A program made the translations under genes and the position numbers. DNA of 64,000 bases from an uncultured delta proteobacterium (GTDB taxonomy: Bacteria; Myxococcota_A; Polyangia; Polyangiales; JAFGIB01). Positions 22,192 through 31,310 of this stretch are shown in pieces (positions within the stretch are counted from its first letter, which is position 1; each line of letters starts with the position of its first letter). The notes under the pieces were generated by a model, which made no database searches, was not told where the DNA came from, and saw only the letters and a program-made list of their open reading frames with translations. The stretch is from positions 480,001 to 544,000 of the forward strand of contig CAVZVA010000009.1 of NCBI GenBank assembly GCA_963778655.1, written 5' to 3'.

Positions 22192-23906
22192 ACAGGCGGC
22201 GGCTGCGCAACGCGCTCGCGTTGGGCCTGCTGTTGGCATTGTTGGCAGCCGGCGCGCTCGCGCGTTGGGCGTTTCAGGTGCGCGAGAAGTCGCTTCCGCC
22301 GGAGCCGGTCACCCGCGTACCCGAGAGCTGGCACGAGTTCCGCGACGCGCCTGGCCATGTCGTGCACGTGGGCGAGCGGGGCATCGCGTGCGTGAAGTGC
22401 CACGATCCGGCGCGCGGCTTTGGGCCGCCGCGGCCCAGGGTGTGCGTGTCGTGTCACGAGCGCGAGGGTCGCACTCGCCACGGGCTGCACGCCGCCAAGC
22501 TCGAGGTCTTCGCGGGCACGGCCAACTGCATGGCCTGCCACAACTTCGGGCCCACCCACCAAGACCGCATCTGGGCCTGCCTGGATTGCCACGACAAGCC
22601 GCAGGGCGAGCTGGGCGCGGTGGTCGTTCACGCGGACCGCGCCTGCAGCAACTGCCATCACCCGCACAACGACCCCTCGATCGAGCCGATGGCCTGCGTG
22701 TCCTGTCACGCCAAAGAGGCCAACAGCCACGCGGGCAAGCCGAGCACGAGCCCCGACAACTGCCTGAGCTGCCACCAGGCTCATGCCGGCGCCAAGCTCG
22801 CCGACCAGCGCTGCCAGCAGTGTCACAAGGACAAGCCGCAGGCGCTGTTCAAAGGGCACCCGACCTGCGCCGGCTGTCACGTGCCGCACGACTTCGCGCG
22901 CAGCGCGGTCAAGCCGTGTCGCTCGTGTCACCAGAGCCAGCATGTGCTGGCCGAGGACAAAGTGGCCGCTCACCGGCAGTGCACGAGCTGTCACGAGCCG
23001 CACGCGGTGGCGCAGGCCGACGACAACACCTGCCGCAAGTGCCACAGCAGCGTCGCGCCCACCCACCCGCAGACCGAGGGCCACGCCTGCCTGGGTTGCC
23101 ACCGCCCGCATTCGACCGCGGCGGCGGTGCCGCCGGCGCAACCCTGCACCAGCTGCCACGCACCGATCGCGAGCTCGGACCAGGCGGCGCACGGCGGCCG
23201 CGCGCAGTGCACCGACTGCCACAAGCCACACGCCTTCGCCAAGCCCGCGCAGGCCGAGGCCTGTGTCGGCTGCCACGCCGTGCAGCTGGCTGCGATCGCC
23301 AAGAACACGGGGCACGCCACCTGCCTGGGCTGTCATCGTGGCACACCACACGCCGCCCAGCTCGCGACCGGGCTCGCGCCGGTGGCATGCACGAGCTGTC
23401 ATAAGGACGTGCACCCGCGGCCGGAGCACGCGCAGTGCACGCGCTGTCACGAGCCGCATTCCGGCGCGCCGCTTCCGCTCGCGCAGAGCTGCGGCAGCTG
23501 TCACCAGCGCCAGGAGCACGCGAGCGTCGCGCCGCACCGCGCATGCCTGACCTGTCACACGCCTCACGAGGGCGGCAAGTTGCCGGCGGCGAGCTGCACC
23601 GGCTGTCACGCCGTCAAGGCCAAGCAGAACCACGGCGCGCTGGCGGGCGGTTGCACCCAGTGCCACGGCATCCACTCGGACAAGGGCGTGCTCGCGACGC
23701 CCGCTTGCACCAGTTGCCATCAAGTCGGCAAATTGCCGGGGCTGCATTCGGTCCAGGCGCATCAGCAATGCGTCAAGTGCCACGGAGGCGCGCACAACCA
23801 AGGTCCCTGGTCTGCGCGCGCGACTTGTCTGGCCTGCCATCAGAAGAAGAAAGACCACGCCCCCAACGCGCAACTCTGTCAGGGCTGCCACGTGTTCCGA
23901 AAATGA
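22188..23906 (+). CDS. 27-heme c-type cytochrome
   Basis: N-terminal hydrophobic signal or anchor; 27 CxxCH counted in 572 aa, in repeated H..CxxCH.PH/CxxCH pairs; GTGA overlap with the upstream gene. Confidence 0.92.
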   Translation: MNRRRLRNALALGLLLALLAAGALARWAFQVREKSLPPEPVTRVPESWHEFRDAPGHVVHVGERGIACVKCHDPARGFGPPRPRVCVSCHEREGRTRHGLHAAKLEVFAGTANCMACHNFGPTHQDRIWACLDCHDKPQGELGAVVVHADRACSNCHHPHNDPSIEPMACVSCHAKEANSHAGKPSTSPDNCLSCHQAHAGAKLADQRCQQCHKDKPQALFKGHPTCAGCHVPHDFARSAVKPCRSCHQSQHVLAEDKVAAHRQCTSCHEPHAVAQADDNTCRKCHSSVAPTHPQTEGHACLGCHRPHSTAAAVPPAQPCTSCHAPIASSDQAAHGGRAQCTDCHKPHAFAKPAQAEACVGCHAVQLAAIAKNTGHATCLGCHRGTPHAAQLATGLAPVACTSCHKDVHPRPEHAQCTRCHEPHSGAPLPLAQSCGSCHQRQEHASVAPHRACLTCHTPHEGGKLPAASCTGCHAVKAKQNHGALAGGCTQCHGIHSDKGVLATPACTSCHQVGKLPGLHSVQAHQQCVKCHGGAHNQGPWSARATCLACHQKKKDHAPNAQLCQGCHVFRK

Positions 23907-25486
23907 CACAGCGCTCCTCACCACGCCTGATCGCCTGTAGCGCGCGTCGCCTTCGCCGCGCGTGTGCTGCGCTTTTGCTGCTGCTGAGCGCCTGCGTGCA
24001 GGGCCGACCGCAGCCGGCTCCCACGCCGGTCTATGCCGGCGACATCGCCGAGCTGCTCGCGCAACGCTGCGGCGCGTGTCACGGCGACGAGGACGCGGGC
24101 GACGACTACCGGGTGGGCAGCTACCTGGACACGATCGGCTGCCCGCACAGCATGCCCGAGACCTCGGCGATTGGCGGCGGCGACGCGGGCACGCCGCTGC
24201 TCGACGTGCTCGCGCGTCCGGACCACGCCAACGTCTTGTCGAAGAGCGAGCAGGCGCGGCTGCGCGCGTGGGTCGAGGCGGGTGCGCCGCTGCGCGAGCA
24301 CAGGGTGCACGCGCCCGGCATCCTCGACCCGCGCTCGCCGGACTGGCACGGGCGGCTCGCGGCGCAGGACCGCTACGGGCCGATCACCTCGCCCAGCCAT
24401 CCGGATGTTTGCGGGCGCTGCCACGATGGCGCCCCGGTCAAGCCCAAGGGCGTGCATCATCCGGCGCCCGGTGCGCCCGCGTGCACCAGCTGCCACCGCG
24501 AGCCCGAGGGCGTGCTCGCGTGCGGCACCTGTCACGGCGACGGCGCGCAGCGCGCCTATCCGCCGCGCGACCGCTGCCTATTTCCCGACTCGGAGCCCGA
24601 CGCCCACCGCGCGCATGTGCAGAGCACGCGTCTGACGAGCACGCCGCTGACCTGCACCACCTGCCATCCGGCGGCGGACGCCACGCTGAGCGGCACGCAC
24701 GCCAACGGAAAGGTGGACGTGGTCTTCGATTCGGCGCTGGCCGGCAAGGACGCGAGCTACGACGCACAGACCGGGCGCTGTGCGGTGCGCTGCCACAACC
24801 AGGGCGGCGCGCGCGCGATGCCGAGCTTTCACGAGCACGGCCCGCTCGGCTGCGGGGACTGCCACGGCGCGCCGCCCGCGGATCACTTCGCGGGAACCTG
24901 CGATCGCTGTCACGCCGACGCCAACGCGGACGGCACGGCGCTGCGCGCGCTCGGGCCGCACATGAACGGTCAGATCGATCTCGGCAACGGCAGCGGCGAC
25001 TGCTCCGCGTGCCACGGGCAGAACGGCGACCCCATGCCGCAGACGCCGTCGCACCTGCTGCACCGCAACACGCGCTTGACCGCGGCGATCGATTGCAAGG
25101 AGTGCCACGTCGTGCCCAAAGAGGTGCTGAGCCCGGGGCATCTGGACCGCGGCACGGTGACACCGGCCGACGTGACGTTCGGGCCGCGCGCGCAGGCTCG
25201 CGGGCAGATGCCGAGCTACGACCATGGCAGCTGCAAGCAGATCGCCTGCCACGGGGCGGGGCTGCCGGAGGGCATTGAGCGCGCGCTGCAGTGGGATTCG
25301 CCCGCGACCGGGGCCTGCGCGGGCTGTCACGGCGTACCGCCGGCCAAAGACCATCCACAGGACGACGGCTGCGCTTCGCTGATCTGTCACGGTGCCGAGG
25401 TGCGTGCGGGCAGCCCGGGGCCGGGGATCACCGACGCCGGCCGCGCGCTGCACATCGACGGCGTGATCGAAACGCAGAGCCCGTAG
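23903..25486 (+). CDS. CxxxxCH/CxxCH-domain multiheme cytochrome lipoprotein
   Basis: Lipobox LSAC; 10 CxxCH plus CAVRCH, CKQIACH and CASLICH; H.NG.VD/HIDG and CHG.PP motifs of the Geobacter CxxxxCH...CxxCH family; ATGA overlap. Confidence 0.9.
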   Translation: MTQRSSPRLIACSARRLRRACAALLLLLSACVQGRPQPAPTPVYAGDIAELLAQRCGACHGDEDAGDDYRVGSYLDTIGCPHSMPETSAIGGGDAGTPLLDVLARPDHANVLSKSEQARLRAWVEAGAPLREHRVHAPGILDPRSPDWHGRLAAQDRYGPITSPSHPDVCGRCHDGAPVKPKGVHHPAPGAPACTSCHREPEGVLACGTCHGDGAQRAYPPRDRCLFPDSEPDAHRAHVQSTRLTSTPLTCTTCHPAADATLSGTHANGKVDVVFDSALAGKDASYDAQTGRCAVRCHNQGGARAMPSFHEHGPLGCGDCHGAPPADHFAGTCDRCHADANADGTALRALGPHMNGQIDLGNGSGDCSACHGQNGDPMPQTPSHLLHRNTRLTAAIDCKECHVVPKEVLSPGHLDRGTVTPADVTFGPRAQARGQMPSYDHGSCKQIACHGAGLPEGIERALQWDSPATGACAGCHGVPPAKDHPQDDGCASLICHGAEVRAGSPGPGITDAGRALHIDGVIETQSP

Positions 25487-25498
25487 CCGTGCACCGAG

Positions 25499-25574
25499 GC
25501 GGTTTCGAAAAGGCAGCAGGAAGACGGGAAGGCGCGACGAACGAAGCTGACCTTCTGTTCCCGTCTTCTTGTGA
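25499..25574. repeat. REP-like palindromic element copy 3 between convergent genes
   Basis: GAAGACGGGAA (25520-25530) / TTCCCGTCTTC (25558-25568) inverted repeat; may also act as a terminator. Confidence 0.7.
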
Positions 25575-25606
25575 ATCGTCGGCGGTCCGCGTGAGCGTGG
25601 GGGCGA

Positions 25607-25888
25607 TCAGGCTGTGTCGTCCGGTGGGGGCTCCGACCGCTTGGGCGGCGGCGCGGTGCTGAAGCGCGCAGCCATGCTGGAGAAGACGCGCGCGCGCCGC
25701 AGGTCGAGGTACACCACGAACCCGAACACACCGAACGAGAGCGTGCCCAGGGCCTGGCCCACGGACATCGCAATCACGAGCGAGATCGGATGCGGATCGA
25801 AGATGCCCCACACCATCAACGCCAGCGCCGCCAGCGCGACCACCGCCGCCAGGCGCAGCAACCGATAGACGAAGCGCGTCGGGCTCAC
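25607..25888 (-). CDS. Small two-helix membrane protein coupled to the NapC/NirT gene
   Basis: 93 aa with two hydrophobic segments; GTG overlaps the NapC/NirT stop (GTGA). Confidence 0.75.
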   Translation of the reverse strand: MSPTRFVYRLLRLAAVVALAALALMVWGIFDPHPISLVIAMSVGQALGTLSFGVFGFVVYLDLRRARVFSSMAARFSTAPPPKRSEPPPDDTA

Positions 25889-26517
25889 GGGGAGCCCCCG
25901 CGGCGCTGATAGGGCTTGCTGAAGGGATGCGACGGGCCGTGGCAGCCATCGCTGACGCAGCTCACGCGGCCGCTGCGCAGCGCCTCGAGGCTCGCGCGGT
26001 GATCGCCGAGCTTGAGCCAGAGCGGGTCCTCGGTCGAGTGGCAGCGCATGCAGCTGGCATTCGCGAACGGCTTCCGCAGCCTGATCTCTGCGAGCGCGGT
26101 CTTGATGTCCATCTTGTAGAAGCGCGTGTAGTACAGATACACGTGGCGCATGCCGCCGAGCTTGGTGACGATCGTGCTGAAGGCGCCGTAGTCCTTGTGG
26201 CACTCGTAGCAGTTGTCGGGGCCGAACTCTTCGTTGCGTGCGTGGGCCGAGGCCAAGCTCTTGCTCTTGAGGTTCTCCGAATCGGCCTGGTAGGGCCCCA
26301 TTACGTGGCACGACCCGCAGAAGGCGCGGTGCTTGGTGTGCTCGAAGCCTGCGATGTTTCCGCCCAGCGCCGAGCCGATCGGGAACACACCGAAGCCGAA
26401 CAGCAGGATCAGCTTGACCGGTCCCTTGAGCTCGGGCTTGCGGACCAGAAACCAGATCAGAATGGCGGATGCGAACACTGCACACACCACGCAGATCCCT
26501 GCCATGAACGGTTGCAT
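25885..26517 (-). CDS. NapC/NirT (CymA/NrfH-like) tetraheme quinol dehydrogenase
   Basis: Two N-terminal TM segments; FCGSCHVM, CYECH, K..G..H, CMRCH and a non-canonical CVSDGCH. Confidence 0.88.
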   Translation of the reverse strand: MQPFMAGICVVCAVFASAILIWFLVRKPELKGPVKLILLFGFGVFPIGSALGGNIAGFEHTKHRAFCGSCHVMGPYQADSENLKSKSLASAHARNEEFGPDNCYECHKDYGAFSTIVTKLGGMRHVYLYYTRFYKMDIKTALAEIRLRKPFANASCMRCHSTEDPLWLKLGDHRASLEALRSGRVSCVSDGCHGPSHPFSKPYQRRGGSP

Positions 26518-26830
26518 GCCGACCACGGCCGCTCGCGACGGCAACAGACTGGCAAGCGCGGAAAGGCTCGCGTTGGACAGAAGCACGGCTGGCGTGCGAA
26601 TTACGCCCCGCGGCGGCTCTTGTCCACTTGCAGACGCCGCGCCGCGCGCGCTCTCTCTGCGCAGGAAACCTACCTGAAGCGCGGATGTAGCCTGCTAGCC
26701 ACGCGGCGCCGGCTCGGCTCTGTGCGACGGGAGTTGGCGACGGAACCCACAAATTGGCGGCACGAAGCCAGAACGGCGCGGACGGCGCCCCTTCCGGCAC
26801 CCCGCGCGCGTGCGCTAGCCTTGAATCGAG

Positions 26831-27544
26831 ATGCACCACGCGCACGCGCTGACCCCGGCCGAGCTGGCTGCGAAGCGCGAGAGGTTCGAAGCCTTCGTCC
26901 GCCGCCGCCAGGAGCTGCTCACGATCCCCTGGATCGCGATGACGATCGCGCTCGGGCTCGAATCGATCGTGCTCTCGGTGGTGGCTGATTCGGGCCCCGT
27001 GCCGGTGCCGGCCTGGCTGCGCTACGGTCTTGCGGCGATCGGCTGCGGCCTGGCCGCCGCCAGCGTCCTGCTGCCGCGGCGCGCCTGCTCCGATGCGAAG
27101 GTCAAGGCGCAGATGCGCTGCGAGCCCGATCCTCGCGTGTGGGCTCGCGGCATGGGTCTCGATCCCGAGCAATCCCAGATCCTGTTGGAGATGGCGCCCG
27201 CCGAGCAACGCCTGGTCGGGCTGATGCGGATGTTCGTCCGGCCGCACCGGCTCGGGCTCGGGTTGAGCCAAGCGGTGGCGGCGAGCGGGTTCTTGCTCGG
27301 CCTGTTGTGCAGAAGCATGCTCTCGGCGACACCGTTCCTGTTGGTCGCGCTCGCGCTCAACGGCTGGCACTACCCGCGCTTGGGGCCACTCGTGCGGCGC
27401 GGGCGCAAGCTCGGTCAGGCCGACCGTGAGATGCTCGAGCTGGAGCGCCAGCTGCAGCAGATGACCAGCGAGCAGGAGCAGCCCGCCGCGCACCCCCGCC
27501 GGGTGCATCCGCCGCTCCGCCGCCGTCCACCGCGGCCTTCCTGA
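26831..27544 (+). CDS. Hypothetical membrane protein
   Basis: About four hydrophobic segments, GC3-rich codons; no recognised motif. Confidence 0.65.
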   Translation: MHHAHALTPAELAAKRERFEAFVRRRQELLTIPWIAMTIALGLESIVLSVVADSGPVPVPAWLRYGLAAIGCGLAAASVLLPRRACSDAKVKAQMRCEPDPRVWARGMGLDPEQSQILLEMAPAEQRLVGLMRMFVRPHRLGLGLSQAVAASGFLLGLLCRSMLSATPFLLVALALNGWHYPRLGPLVRRGRKLGQADREMLELERQLQQMTSEQEQPAAHPRRVHPPLRRRPPRPS

Positions 27545-27655
27545 GAGTGCGAGCCGGCCAAGGTTGGGTGGCGGCGAGCGCGACAGCGGCTATTTTTCCT
27601 CCCAGACAGATGCATTGACCAAGCTTCAGCGTCGCGCGCTCGCGCGTGCGGGCGC

Positions 27656-29521
27656 TCAGTCGCGAAACAGCTCCATTCCGTCGGCCACGGCGTCGGCGAT
27701 GTGCGACTTGCTGATCAGGCCGCGGACCTGCGAGCCGTCGATGCCGCGCTCGCCGGGAGCCGCGAGCACCACCGCTAGATCGGCCTCGCAACCTGCGAAC
27801 GCGGCCAGCACGTCGAACAGGGTCGCGTCGGAGCGCACGCGGATGAAGTCGCGGCGGGCGAGCTCGCCCCAGCTGCGCGCGCCCGCCAGCCGCTGCGGGT
27901 GTTCCGCGAGCCAATCGGCGGCGACCACGCCGTCGACCTGGCCGTCTTGAAGCACCACGTAATACGCAGGCGTTGGCCGGCCGGCCGCGTCCGCGGGCGG
28001 CTCGACCGGCGCGTCGCGCTCGCGTAGCGCCACTGCGTCGAGCTGGAGCTCGCCCGCGTGGTGGACCAGGTGGGCGTTGGCCAGCAGCGCCTCGGGCATG
28101 TAGTGCCCGCGGCGCACCAGCTTCATGGTGTAGATGCTTTGCGGCAACAGCATGCGCCGCACGCCGTAGGCGACGGCCACGGTCAGCGTCATCGGCAGCA
28201 CCACACCATAGTCGAGCGTCATCTCGAAGATCATGACGATCGCCGTCAGCGCCGCGCCCGTGGTGCCGGCCAGCAGCGCGGCCATTCCCACCACGGCGAG
28301 CGCAGCCGGATTGATGTCGAGCCCCGGCAGTAGACCGTGGAGGAGCAATCCGTAAGCGCTGCCCAGGGTCGCGCCCATGAACAGCGAGGGCGAGAAGATC
28401 CCGCCCGAGGCCCCCGAGCCGAGCGTGAGCGAGGTGACCGCGAGCTTGAGCGCGAATAGCGCGACCAGAAACCAGGCGCCGCCGAGCTTGCCCAACAACA
28501 CGTCCATGATGGTCGCGTAGCCGACGCCGAACACGAAATAGTGGCCGCGTGCCCACATCAAGCCGAGCCCGGCGCTGCCGACGCCGAGCATGCCGAGCGC
28601 GTGGCGCAGGTAGGGACGGCGCGGAACCAGCCGCTCGAACGCGTCTTCGCAGGCATAGAGCGAGCGGATGAAGACCGCGGCCACCACCCCCATCAAGCAA
28701 CCGAGGCCGAACCACGCGGGCAACAGCTGTGCGCTCACCGCGTGCGTGAAGTGCAAGGCTGGGATCTCGAACGCGGGATGGTCGCCGAAGAACTGCTGGC
28801 CGACATAGGTTGCGGTCGCGGTGGCCAGCGCGACCGGCACCAGCGTGCGCACGCTGACCTCGTGCATCAGGATCTCGACCGCAAACAGGACTCCGCCGAT
28901 CGGCGTGTTGAAGGTGGCCGCGATGCCTGCGCCGCCGCCGGCCGCGACCAGCGTCGCGAGCTGCCAGCGCGAAACCCCGCACGCACGTCCCAGCCACGAG
29001 CCCACGGCCGCGCCGATTTGAATGATCGGGCCTTCGCGTCCGACCGAGCCGCCGCTGCCAATCGAGATCGCGGACGCCACCGACTTCACCGCCGCCACGA
29101 CCGGTCGGATCACCGCCTTGTGGTAGTAGATCGCGTCCATCACCTCGGGAACGCCGTGGCCTTTGGCTTCCGGCGCGAAGTTCTTGACCAAGTAGACCAC
29201 CACGAAGCTGCCGAGCACCGGCGCCAGCACGATCCCGGCGCCCCACGGGCTGGGCGGCGAATGGCGCTGCGTGTCCAGGAAGAGCTCCAGGCGTCCCTCG
29301 AACAACAGATTGTGCGCGGCGCCGATCAGCGAGCGCAGCACGAACGCCCCGAACCCTGCCGCGATCCCCAGCACGATCGAGATCAGCGCGTTGCCGAGCG
29401 GGCTCAGGCCCTTGGCGTTCGGGTCGCCGCGCAAGCGCGACGACCGGTGCTCTGCCGCCTGCGCAGCCGAGTCTGGCTCGGTGTCCTTGCGCAGCCCGGG
29501 CGATGTCCCGTGCGGCCGCAT
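27656..29521 (-). CDS. ClC-family chloride channel/antiporter with C-terminal CBS-like domains
   Basis: GHGVPE, GGSVGREGP, AATFNTPIGG, GGIFSPSLF and IFEMT motifs. Start may be 29587. Confidence 0.93.
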   Translation of the reverse strand: MRPHGTSPGLRKDTEPDSAAQAAEHRSSRLRGDPNAKGLSPLGNALISIVLGIAAGFGAFVLRSLIGAAHNLLFEGRLELFLDTQRHSPPSPWGAGIVLAPVLGSFVVVYLVKNFAPEAKGHGVPEVMDAIYYHKAVIRPVVAAVKSVASAISIGSGGSVGREGPIIQIGAAVGSWLGRACGVSRWQLATLVAAGGGAGIAATFNTPIGGVLFAVEILMHEVSVRTLVPVALATATATYVGQQFFGDHPAFEIPALHFTHAVSAQLLPAWFGLGCLMGVVAAVFIRSLYACEDAFERLVPRRPYLRHALGMLGVGSAGLGLMWARGHYFVFGVGYATIMDVLLGKLGGAWFLVALFALKLAVTSLTLGSGASGGIFSPSLFMGATLGSAYGLLLHGLLPGLDINPAALAVVGMAALLAGTTGAALTAIVMIFEMTLDYGVVLPMTLTVAVAYGVRRMLLPQSIYTMKLVRRGHYMPEALLANAHLVHHAGELQLDAVALRERDAPVEPPADAAGRPTPAYYVVLQDGQVDGVVAADWLAEHPQRLAGARSWGELARRDFIRVRSDATLFDVLAAFAGCEADLAVVLAAPGERGIDGSQVRGLISKSHIADAVADGMELFRD

Positions 29522-29595
29522 GCGACGCAGGGTGTCACGCCGCCGGCCATGGGTCGACCCGCAATCGCGCCCGCGACCGGGCGCCATGAATGGCG

Positions 29596-29640
29596 CGTTC
29601 TTCTCGCCTTCCCGCCTTCCTGTCGGCTCTTCGAAGCGGC
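29596..29640 (-). repeat. REP-like repeat copy 4
   Basis: Reverse complement aligns with 25499-25543 at 36/45 positions by hand alignment. Confidence 0.7.
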
Positions 29641-29658
29641 TGCGCCGCAGACGACGAT

Positions 29659-31197
29659 CTAGAACATCACGCCCACGCCGAGGTCGAGGCGGCCCGATGT
29701 GGGCGTGGTGCCGTCTGGGTTGCGCAGGCCGAAGTCCAGCTTGAATACCGCTTGCGGCAGCGGCCGATAGCTCAGGCCCATGATCAGATCGGTGATCGCA
29801 TAGGCATCATCGGCGACGACGCGCGCGCGGCCTCGAATCGCGGCCATGGTGTCGTAGCGCTCGAGCCGCACGAACGGCAGCAGCTGCTGATCGCTGCGCA
29901 CCAGCGGGCGCAGCACGTCGTAGGCGACCTCGGCATAGGCGCCCCACGACAGCGCGCCGGTATCGATCCCGAGCGGCTGGCCGTCGGTGTCGTAGGCCTG
30001 ACGCAGCCGCGCGGTCTCGCCCACGCCGAAAAGTGCGGCCACCGCGCGCGCCTCGAGCCCCTCGTGCCGGATGCGCGCGTCGGCGGACAGGCCCCACACC
30101 GGCACGTCCAGCTCGAGCGCATGGCCGGCCGCGTCGTACAGCGTGGCGTTCGGCCCGGCCAGCCCGTAGTACCCCGATACGCCCAGCACGGCGCCCAACA
30201 TGGGCTCCGCCTCGACGCGGCCGGTCACGGCCAGCCCGGATGCGTGCGCCAGCGCCACCTCCTGGCGTCCCTCGCGAATCGATTGCTCGGCGTCGAAGCC
30301 GCGCGGATCGAGGCCGCCGACCAGGTACAGCTCGTAGCGCAGGCCCTCGGTCGGCTCGCCGAACACGCCCGCGCCGCCCTCGCGCCAGGTGCTGGGGATG
30401 ATCACGGTGTCCACGTCCGGGCGCTCGACGCCGTGGAACACCGGCGGCTCGTGCCACTTGTTGATGATGCCCATCGGCACCAGCACCACGCCGGCGCGCA
30501 CGCCGAGCGCGCGGCCGAACAACAGGTAGTCGAGGTAGGCCTGCTCGATCTCGACCTCGCCCTCCCGATCCGACGACGCCACCGCGTGCTCGACCTCGAT
30601 CTCGCTGTAGAAGCGAAACCGTGAGTCGAAGCGGTGGCCGACGAACAACACCATGCGCGAAAGGTCGATCGTCGCTTGCGTCGAGCCCGGCCCGCTGACT
30701 CGATCGATATCGTAGTGAAGCTCGGCGTAGCCGCCGATGCTGGTAGGCGGGGTCGCTGCGGGTGCGGGCGCGCGCTCCACGGCCGGCGCGGGCGCGGGCT
30801 CGCTGCTCGCCGGCCCCGGGGCCTCGGCCGGCGAGGCGGCGCGATCGCCTGCTTGAGCCGGCGCCGCAGCAGGCGCGAGCTCGATCTGCGGGCCGGGTGT
30901 GGCCGCGGCTTGGGGCGGCGGCGCCGCCTGTGGCGCGGGCGCGGCCGTCTGCGCCGCAGGTGCAGCGGGAAGCGACGCGGGCGGGGTACCGGCTGCAGGT
31001 TGGGCGGAGGTTTCGGCAGCGCCGTGGGTCGCGGGAAGCGCTTCGGCTGCGGGAGCCCCCGCCGCCGGCGTGGCGTTGGCCTGCGCTGCTGGTGCCGGCC
31101 CCGCGACCTGCGCCTGAACACGCGTGTCGGGCTGCAACAGGCTGAAGAGCGCGATCGACAGCGCGAGCCGACCTGTGTAAGGTACGTGTAGGTCCAT
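29659..31197 (-). CDS. Outer-membrane porin (OprO/OprP-like fold) with Pro/Ala-rich N-terminal linker, probably iron-regulated
   Basis: Signal peptide ending VQA-Q; IGGYAELHY, SEIEVEH, EIEQAY and HEPPVFHGVERP...IIPSTWRE motifs; C-terminal GVGVMF; Fur-like box upstream. Confidence 0.8.
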   Translation of the reverse strand: MDLHVPYTGRLALSIALFSLLQPDTRVQAQVAGPAPAAQANATPAAGAPAAEALPATHGAAETSAQPAAGTPPASLPAAPAAQTAAPAPQAAPPPQAAATPGPQIELAPAAAPAQAGDRAASPAEAPGPASSEPAPAPAVERAPAPAATPPTSIGGYAELHYDIDRVSGPGSTQATIDLSRMVLFVGHRFDSRFRFYSEIEVEHAVASSDREGEVEIEQAYLDYLLFGRALGVRAGVVLVPMGIINKWHEPPVFHGVERPDVDTVIIPSTWREGGAGVFGEPTEGLRYELYLVGGLDPRGFDAEQSIREGRQEVALAHASGLAVTGRVEAEPMLGAVLGVSGYYGLAGPNATLYDAAGHALELDVPVWGLSADARIRHEGLEARAVAALFGVGETARLRQAYDTDGQPLGIDTGALSWGAYAEVAYDVLRPLVRSDQQLLPFVRLERYDTMAAIRGRARVVADDAYAITDLIMGLSYRPLPQAVFKLDFGLRNPDGTTPTSGRLDLGVGVMF

Positions 31198-31204
31198 TGA
31201 GAAT

Positions 31205-31233
31205 TTGATATTCATTTTCAATAAGCCTGTCAA
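31205..31233 (-). promoter_or_regulatory. Fur box within a sigma70-type promoter
   Basis: TGATATT-C-ATTTTCA (31206-31220), 12/14 match to the 7-1-7 Fur consensus; on the - strand TTGACA-N17-TATCAA lies 7 nt before the ATG. Confidence 0.8.
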
Positions 31234-31310
31234 CTGCCTCGAGCCAAGCCCCTGACCGCGGTTTGCGGTCGCGCGGGCGCCAAACCACGGTCGCTCCGCT
31301 ATCATGAGGA

